Shown here piece after piece: positions 1 to 7,802 of a DNA stretch of 14,044 nucleotides. Positions within the stretch are counted from its first letter, which is position 1; each line of letters begins with the position of its first letter. The stretch is from Zygophlyctis sp. KS116 (Eukaryota; Fungi; Chytridiomycota). The position numbers were made by a program, and so were the translations under genes. The stretch is taken from NCBI GenBank assembly GCA_054661495.1, contig BAAFSQ010000260.1:1-14044 (forward strand), in the 5' to 3' direction. A model generated the notes under the pieces. The model saw nothing but the letters and a program-made list of their open reading frames with translations. It had not been told where the DNA came from and did no database searches.

Positions 1-72
1 GTCTTTCTTAAAAAATAGATTATTTTATTAAAAAAATAAGATATAAATAAATAAAGATTATTTTTTTCCAAG

Positions 73-1130
73 GCCTGCTCTGTAACATTTATTTTCTAAT
101 CCTCAAGTATCATTTCGTATTCTCAATTTACCCAGCCGATTCCTAAAGAGATTGGAAAATTGACCAAATTGAGATATCTGTAATATTAATATGACTAACC
201 AAATAGCTATCTGGATTTCAATCAAATTCCTGGTCCAATTCCTAGAGAGATTGGTAATTTGAAAGATTTGATCGAAATGTAAAATTTAAATTATCAAAAC
301 TTAGTGATTTTACTGACAATGAACTAACAGGATCATATCCTGCAGAGATAGGGACTTTGTTAAAATTGGAAAATATGTACTATTATATTAATTTGGTAAT
401 ATATAGCTGGTGCAGTTTCAATAAGTTATCCGGAACAATTCCTCAATCAATAGGGGATTTGCCTAAATTAATTTGGTTGTAATATTTTTACCGTTAACTT
501 TTAGTAGCAATAGATACAATACTGGATTAAGTGGAACTTTTAAACCAAGATCTGGGATGACAGCGTAAAACTTGTTAACTAAAGATAAATAGAACTGTCG
601 ATGAAACTGGAGTTACATTGTGTGGAAGTGCGGCTTCTAAAACTCCCGCGAATAGATTTGCTCCTACTGGCACTTCGCTTGCATGTCTTGCATCAGGTCT
701 AGCTTCTTCTACAATATCTAAGAGAGGTCCAGTGTTTTCTCAAAATGTAGAAGGGTACCGGATCAGTTGCACTGTTGATGATAACCTTAATCCAAACCAA
801 GACTGTTTAAATTTTATGTCTTATTTTTGTGATCCTAGCAAGCTACAAAATGGCGGATCACATATCACTAACTGCAAGTACTATGTTGACTTATTGACCA
901 ATAAAATGAGTTCGTATTGGCAAACATGGCACGCAAGATGTGACAGTTCCGGTTGGGCATATTCAAACTCTAGACAATTGATTTCTTCAGCAACTTCATG
1001 CTCTGGTGCAGAGTCTGCTTTAAAACAATATGCAAAATATTACGATGCAAATGGCTATCAAATCCCTGTTTCCCAAACATTAATAGACACTGGAAACAGT
1101 CTATTGTGGGATAACTCGCGTTTGCAATAA
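73..1130 (+). CDS. Leucine-rich-repeat protein (plant-type 24-aa LRRs) with a KR dibasic site and Cys-rich C-terminal domain; 5' end missing from the window
   Basis: Exons 73-81 (uncertain), 108-179, 207-278, 305-376, 407-478, 505-564, 593-1130. Introns 82-107, 180-206, 279-304, 377-406, 479-504, 565-592, all GTA..AG and phase 2. The spliced protein reads ...IISYSQFTQPIPKEIGKLTKLRYL/YLDFNQIPGPIPREIGNLKDLIEI/DFTDNELTGSYPAEIGTLLKLENI/WCSFNKLSGTIPQSIGDLPKLIWF/SNRYNTGLSGTF..., matching LxLxxNxLxGxIPxxIGxLxxL, and joins ORF 618..1130 in frame. There is no ATG in 1-81. Confidence 0.85.
108..478 (+). repeat. Tandem array of four 72-nt LRR-coding exons, each followed by a 26-30 nt intron (unit about 98-102 nt)
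   Basis: Exons 108-179, 207-278, 305-376 and 407-478 are each exactly 72 nt and phase 2-2. They share a recurring 'CCT...ATwGG' (P-x-x-I-G) pattern. Confidence 0.9.
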
Positions 1131-1284
1131 GTATGCTTGTCAGGGATTGGAATTGACTATTGATGAATACATGATTGAAGATTTTGAAAATTTATTTCCT
1201 TTGAAAGTGTTGTCCACCTTTATCAAGACAATAAAGATTCGAGGACGAACGATCAGGGCGTGGAGTGAGTTTACAAAAAGTTAA

Positions 1285-3438
1285 ATGAAATCTCCAATGG
1301 ATTTGTCACTGTCAGTCAAACCCAGTGGTAGTAATCGGTTCAGTGACATTGTATCGTGTTTTTTACTTATCGTTAGAAACTGCCGAAAGGCCAAGAAATT
1401 CCATTTCCCAGAAACTCAAAACCATCTGAAATGTTGTCTTTAGATTTCAATTTATTATCGGACAAGGCGATTCATATGACGGATATTCTGACTCCGTCGA
1501 AAAGTTGTTTGCAAGGACGAAAGTCGTTTATGGAAAAATTGGGAGCAATTTTAGAAAATGAAATGAAGGGATTTAGAGCTGAATTGTTTGGTTCTACTGT
1601 AAATGGACTAGGAATGGCATCTTCAGATGTAGACGTTGCATTGATAGGGCAAAATGTGATGGATCCAGGTGATTTAATCAAGGATTTTGCTCGTAAATTA
1701 AGAAATTACGGAATGTTGAATATTTATACAGTATCAAAGGCTAAAGTTCCTATTTGTAAATTTTATGATCCAGAATGGTATTTACCATATTTTGTTTAAA
1801 GAAAAGGAAATTATACTGTGATACAAACTTGAATAATATTATGGCGTTAAGGAATACAAGGTTAATAAGGGCTTATGTGGATTTAGATCCAAGAGTTAAA
1901 CCACTTATTGTCTTGATAAAGTATTGGGCTAAAAGAAGGGCGTTAAATGATGGTATTTTAATGATTTTCTTAAAAAAAATAGCTGCAAAAGGAGGTACTT
2001 TATCAAGCTATTGCTGGGTCATGATGGTATTTTCACAAAAAAAAACAGGATTAACAGATAGGGTATTAGTTTTCTACAAATGAGATCACCGCCGGTTCTT
2101 CCTTGTTTACATGAAATGTATTTTAAACAATTACAAATTGCACCAAATGACACGCCAAGATCGGTTATTGATGGGGTAGATGCGTCGTTTTTTGAGGATT
2201 TTAAGGCTCTGGAAGGTTTTGGAAATGCAAATAAAGAGTCTTTGGGAGCTCTTTTATTCTCTTTTTTTCATTATTTCGCTTATGAATTTGATTACAACTC
2301 TTTTGTATTGTCGGTAAGGCATGGGAAACTTCTTTCAAAAGCTGAAAAAGGTTGGGCTTCAGATATTTCTGCAAAATGTCGGTTTTTATGTGTAGAAGAA
2401 CCTTTTAATACTACTAGAAATTTGGCAAATTCTGCAGATATTGTATCAGTTTTGGGTCTGATTGAGGAATTTAAAAGGGCAACTGATATTTTAATTGAAA
2501 GTTTGGATTTGGATCGTGTTTGTGAAAAGTTCTTGATTCCAAGAAACAATATGCATAAATCCAAATCATCTGAACATATGTATAGAACGCATCAATTTAG
2601 ATTTGGGATGCGTCCTAATGTGCGTTCTTTTGGCACAGGGATGTATCCAATTCATCATAAAGAAATGCAAACAGATATGAGAAATTTAAATTTTGGAAAT
2701 ACCAACTACCCAGATCAAAATCACCTTTTACAGTATTATAATTATTCACTTCCGTATTGGGATGAGCCAAATGACAGGTTTACTGGAACTAAGATAACTC
2801 AGACTGATGGTTTGAACTATGATCCTTCTTTTCCGCCTTTGAAAAGTTCAATATCTGTAAATTCTTCTGAAATGGTAGACAGTAAACCTTCTTCAAATTC
2901 TGATCAACAAATGAAAAAGTCTGATTCTTATCCAGCTTCTGTATGGGCTCCAGTATCCCATTTGCCCCCTGCACGCACCAGATTAAATTCAATCGAACAT
3001 TCAAAATCAAATACTACCAAATATAATCATTCATATCACAAACATCACGATGGGTTACGTTCAACTGGTCGATCATTCTCACTCAATCGGGGTGCTACTG
3101 GGGCTAATACACACAAACATTATATGTTCCATGATTACAATTCAAATATTAATTCAATTGATCAAGTAGGCAAGCATTCTTCTTATAAGGGCATTAAGGT
3201 TCCTGGAAAGCGTTTTGAAGACAAAAAGTACAAAGTATCACATAATGTACCTTCTTTCAGTAAATCAGATGATGGAATGAATTCTATAGATGAAAAGACA
3301 AATGACCTTTCTTTAGACAACTCAAAGCGGAGGGGCTCAAAAGGTACTCTGGTATGGTCAAATGTGTCACATCGTCCTAATCGATTCAATACTTTGGACG
3401 AGGAAGATCGTGGCAGGGTAGCAAATAGTGCAGAATGA
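1285..3438 (+). CDS. Non-canonical terminal RNA nucleotidyltransferase, Cid1/Cid13/CutA family (NTase plus PAP-associated domain, long low-complexity C-tail), about 677 aa
   Basis: Exons 1285-1350, 1377-1777, 1807-1952, 1983-2026, 2062-3438; introns of 26, 29, 30 and 35 nt. Contains the Pol-beta motif FGS..NGL...SDVD, AKVPICKF, the third Asp in LYCD, then NTRLI, IKYWAKRRALND..GGTLSSY, PPVLP, and the nucleotide recognition motif CVEEPFNTTRNLANSA. Confidence 0.88.
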
Positions 3439-3499
3439 TGAATTCAAAATATTTTATTCATTTATGTATCTGAATATATTTCCGATTCTGAGTGACCAA

Positions 3500-4590
3500 A
3501 TGACAACAAAGCCCTCGAGTCGCCCGACAATTAAGTCCATAGATGCCGATAATAATATGAAGGGATCACAGCTGAAACTTAAGATCGCTTCTACAAAGGA
3601 AATATTAAAAACAGCAAAGCAAAATTATCGGACATCGTTACTTGATCGCTTTCAGGTAATTCGAATTATATAAAAGCAATAAGATTGATAATAAAAGCCC
3701 TCTAACTTGGTTGTACTTAACTTCGGATCACATCCAAGAGTTGACAGTTTGTCAAATTAATGATTTACCGGCAAAAATCGCAGAGATCGTTAAATTCAAC
3801 CAATGGGAAACTGACTTAAAAGAATTAATCTTGGTATCGTTATATGTGAGCTGCATCAAGTAATTTATAAGATGATTTATTCTATAGGTTTTCACGAGAA
3901 TCTGATTTTAGTCCGGCACAGATTTCTACACTGTTTTCGATATTTAAAACATCAATCGAAAGATCTGGTAAGTTTGCCCTGGATTTAAAAGAAGCTATAA
4001 TGCCACTATCGGATGTACTATCTTATTTTCGCACAATGATTATCAGTCATAGTGGCACTATAGGAGATGATTGGGATGTCTTTGGTCCTCGCGAAGCAAA
4101 GCAAAGTATTGACTACGCAATGGCCTCGTATCAATTAATTATATTTTTAAATTTAGATTGTTTCAGCACTTTAGGCTTTATCAGCAGTTTTTGGCAAACG
4201 ATCAGGATATAGTGGAAATTAATTTAACAAAAACATTGGAGATTCCCCAATTTGAACCTCTACCGCTAATTGAGTCGATGACAAAGAGCCAGTATGATAA
4301 AGAACATGGAATAGAAGGTGGACAAGAACTGAATGATTTGGCCATTGAAGACGAGGGTGATAAATCTCTTGAGAATGATAATGATTGTAAAGATTCTGAT
4401 CAAGGTACTTTTGATTTTATCATAATACAAAGATAATCCTCTTGACATCTTAAGCCCAGAAGAAATCCGAAAAATTACAGCAGATACGATCAATTCCTTA
4501 TTTTCGTCTGTGAATCAAGATTATGATTCCTTGTTCGAAGAGCAAAAAAGTAGGTTTATGAATCAAATAGCTAAATATGTCAATAATTAG
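3500..4590 (+). CDS. CFAP119: Flagellar central-pair C1a-32/FAP119-family protein (CFAP119/CCDC189-like), about 317 aa
   Basis: Exons 3500-3655, 3684-3859, 3888-3967, 3992-4127 (or 3995-, NAGNAG), 4157-4404, 4433-4590. Spliced motifs ILVSLYVSCIKFSRESDFSPAQISTLFSIF and VFGPREAKQSIDYAMASLFQHFRLYQQFL match my recall of the C1a-32 domain. An alternative in-frame ATG lies at 3464. Confidence 0.75.
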
Positions 4591-4653
4591 AAAATAATTC
4601 ATTTTGCCACAACATTTTATTTTTCTAAAAATCTTCTAGTTACTTAATCATTT

Positions 4654-6469
4654 TTATGCGGGAATTCTTTGAGGTGTTCCGATTTCTGAGCGATTCACAG
4701 CAGATTCGGGGTAGCTAGGAGATTTGCTTGTACCACGATTATGTTCATTAATCTAATCATAAAAAATAAATATTTCTACCTTGTCTAAAAGAGTTGTTGA
4801 GTATCCAGGAGAATAATATCTGACAATCTCTTCAGGATAACATTCATTGATTGCTCTAATATATTCACCTAATTTTGTTCCGGATAGTGTCCCATCTGTT
4901 ATCGATCCACCTTCTTGTGCATTTGCAGCAAGATTAGCAGAAATTTCCTGCAGTCTTTGTAAACAGCCAAGAGTAACAAATGATTTACGAGCGGTTACAT
5001 CATGTGGCAATATTTTCCCGAATTGGGCTACAACATACTTTAGAATATTTGGTGGGGTAGATAACTGCAATAGTGGCTCTAATGCATCCATATTCAATGT
5101 TTTTTCTAAAATGGATTTGAGAGCTCTTTTAGTTTTTGTTTTAAGATCAGTATTAACTTCTTCCCCGTCAGATCCGTTGCCAGTTAATACCTTAAGTAAT
5201 TTAGAAAGAACGGCATGATCTCCAAGAGTTTTAGCGTGATCGGGCGAATGTCTTCCTATTTGTCCCAGAGACCAAGCACATGCTGCTTTAATGTGCTCTT
5301 CAGATTCTGTCCCTAGAGCCTGTGCAAGGGGAGGGACACCTTTTGCAACGATCACAGATAAAGCAAGTGTTTCTGAAAATGCCGCAATATATCCCAGAGT
5401 CATAATACCAGGAAGACGAGCATTTCCTCTGCTTTCATTTACATAATCAACTACTGCAGCAACACCACCAGAGTTGACAATAAGTTGAGCCAACTAATAT
5501 TATTTTAAAAATAATAATACATCTTGCGTGTGTTTAGCGATTTCGCATATCAGAGTAGCTGCATTCTTTCGTACGAATCCATCAATATCACGAAGACAAT
5601 TTAGTGCTTCTGGGAAAATTTCACCATCTACAACAGTTTCAGCAAGGTCTAAAGTGTGCTTAGAAATTTGAGACAATGCTGAGCAGACTTGTCTTCTTAA
5701 TTTTGCATCTGGATTAGAGAGTAAAGGAGCGATAAATGCAATTGTATTTGCATCTACAACTGATTGAGCAAGCTAATATAAATCTTGGAATAGTATACCT
5801 CTGGAGAATGTTTGGAAATATCGGACAATGCCGAGGCTGATATTCTTTTTAATGATAATTCTGGTTCCTGTACACACAAGACTAAAAGTGGTACTGCTCC
5901 GGCATCAACTACTGCTTGAGCAAGATCTAAAATAATTATTTGAGTTCACAATACCTCCGTTATGGCGAGCAATATATCCTACAGCCCAAGAAGCTGCTTC
6001 CTTGACTCCAGGATCGAATTCTTCCAAACAGCCTACCAAAGCATTCAATGCTCCTGAATCAACGACTGATTGAGCCAATTCTGGAGAATGTTTTGCAACT
6101 GCCCTCAGTACAAAAGCAGCAGCCTTTTTATAAAATCTCTAGAATAAATATGTTTAGTCTTACATTTTGTTCGCTCAAAGAAAACACTAATTGTGGCAGA
6201 ATGTCCGAATCTACAACAGCTTCAGCTAATTCCTGATTATAATTTGCTAATCTTCCCAAGGCCAATGCAGCTGCTTGTTGAATAGAAGGAACACTATCCA
6301 ATAATAAAGGTCTTAAAAGACTCAGGACTCCTGCGCTCTGTAGCGTTTCAATATTGGACTCTCTTGATGCTAAATCAGCGATCGATTGCACAAATGACAA
6401 TCTCTCTTTTTGATATTTCTCAAAAACAGAGAGTACTTGTCTGGTACTTGCCATAGGTGGATTGCTCAT
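4654..6469 (-). CDS. SPAG6: Sperm-associated antigen 6 / PF16 armadillo-repeat central-apparatus protein, about 560 aa
   Basis: Introns (plus-strand coordinates) 6139-6163, 5927-5954, 5773-5798, 5494-5520, 4753-4779. The protein is collinear with SPAG6/PF16: RQVLSVFEKYQKERLSFVQ, LALGRLANYN, EQN/RFYKKAAAFVLRAVAKHSPELAQ, RLPGIMTLGYIAA, CYPEEIVRYYSPGYS. The stop is at 4654-4656. Confidence 0.96.
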
Positions 6470-6620
6470 AATTTATTTTCAAACAAGGATGACATAACTC
6501 CTGCGGGAAATTTCATAGACTACGTCATGAACTTATTATGCAGCCTATATTAGTAATGATCATAGTATGAATTATTCAGATATGCTACTAATCAACATCT
6601 TCCAAGTAAATTATTAACCG
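6470..6620. promoter_or_regulatory. Putative bidirectional promoter between SPAG6 and the BBS4-like gene, with a GCGGGAAA (E2F-consensus) element at 6503-6510
   Basis: Only 151 bp separate the divergent ATGs (6469 and 6621). GCGGGAAA (TTTCCCGC on the other strand) and ACGTCAT (6522-6528) stand out in otherwise AT-rich DNA. Function is not demonstrated. Confidence 0.5.
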
Positions 6621-7796
6621 ATGTCCTACAATTCTTGGACGACGATTATTCCCGACGTTAACATGATTGATGGGTTAGATTTGGCATATAAAGCACACAT
6701 TCTATATAACGGCCTACGGTTTTCAGAAGCTATGGTAAAAATCGATTCATTCAAATTATAGGAACTGGCTAATGCAGCAATAGCTCTTGATGCGAGCGTG
6801 TATGCTTATTATGTCAAAGGTACAATATTCATCGTAATAAAAGGCTATATTCTACAGGAGCAGGAAAAATATACAGAGGCAATTCAAGCATACAGCTTAG
6901 GATTAGAAGCAAATCCAATGGATATTAGTTGTTTAAAGGGAATTACTCAATCATGCTTCTTGATTCACGACTTTTCGGGAGCAGCAAATTGGGCTCAAAC
7001 ATGGCTTAATTACTTGGGACCGTCAAAGGTATTTAATTTTAATTTAATATGAAGAATGCTTATAATATGTTGGCAAAATGCAAGTTAAAATTAGGGGAGC
7101 ATTCAAAAGTATAAAGTGTTTGCTAAGTGTAGGCGATTGAATTTTATGAAAAATCATCAAGTTTGAAAATGGAGGACGAGACTCTGAGAGAGATGGCTAA
7201 GGTATACATGGAATTATCAGAGTATGATACTGCAATCAATCTCATGAATCAGGCAATAGAGTACGCCAAATACAAGGAAAAATCTAATACTTAGGATCTC
7301 ACAAGAGAATCCTGCAAACATGATGGGGTTGGCTAAAGTGTATGAATGCATGCAGAACATTGAAAGGGCATTGGAAACTGTTGATTTGATTCTGGAGACA
7401 AATAAGAATGATATAACTGCTCTTGAACATCATGGCATTTATAATTATACACTTCGGAATGTAGATAAGGCAGCATTGGCCTTTCAGAACATTTTGAAAA
7501 TAGATAAAAGTAATCTAAATGCCATGTATCAATTATCAATCTGTTATTTCGATTCTAAAAAATATTTATTAGTAAGTCTATATTATATTTATATTCAGGC
7601 TTCTGTATTATTGGAAAAGATTCTGGAATTGAATCCAAAGGACCCGAAAGCTCTATTTAATATGGCCAAATGTCAAAGCTTTCTTGATCGAAAGATATCA
7701 TCGTTGCATTATTTAAATGAGTCCATCTCTTTCGAACCAAATGCTGAAGCGATATCATTACGGCAAATAATTTTGCAAGATCTTCAAATAGATTAG
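6621..7796 (+). CDS. BBS4: TPR-repeat protein, probably a divergent and shortened BBSome subunit BBS4, about 337 aa
   Basis: Exons 6621-6734, 6762-6819, 6844-7028, 7055-7108, 7133-7260, 7295-7571, 7599-7796; introns of 27, 24, 26, 24, 34 and 27 nt. The TPR array is clear. Segments YAYYVKGYIL, LKGITQSCFLI, CYFDSKKY..A and SSLHYLNESISFEP align in order with my recall of BBS4 (YAIYVQALIF, LKQVARSLFLL, CFFGKKKYVAA, SAFHFLSAAINFQP). Orthology is less certain than the TPR call. Confidence 0.6.
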
Positions 7797-7802
7797 TTTT
7801 TA

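Noticed and set aside
108-504. Roughly 100-bp periodicity resembling a CRISPR-like or satellite array
   Set aside because: The units are diverged protein-coding LRR exons plus introns, with no identical direct repeats.
1265-1280. GTGAGT...AAAG as an intron joining the upstream ORF to the nucleotidyltransferase
   Set aside because: It is only 16 nt, does not start with GTA, and does not give an in-frame join.
3834-3860. Candidate intron GTATCG...CAAG in CFAP119
   Set aside because: Splicing it leads straight into a stop (TAA at 3861). Reading through and using intron 3860-3887 restores the conserved VSLYVSCIKFSRE segment.
5494-5520. Near-palindromic TnAn tracts in introns (also 11742-11767 and 12705-12734) suggesting hairpins or MITE/introner origin
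   Set aside because: They are expected by chance in nearly pure A/T sequence. The introns share no family-level similarity and no target-site duplications.
6470-6620. RFX X-box upstream of the ciliary genes
   Set aside because: I found no acceptable match to GTNRCC(N0-3)RGYAAC here or in 3439-3499.
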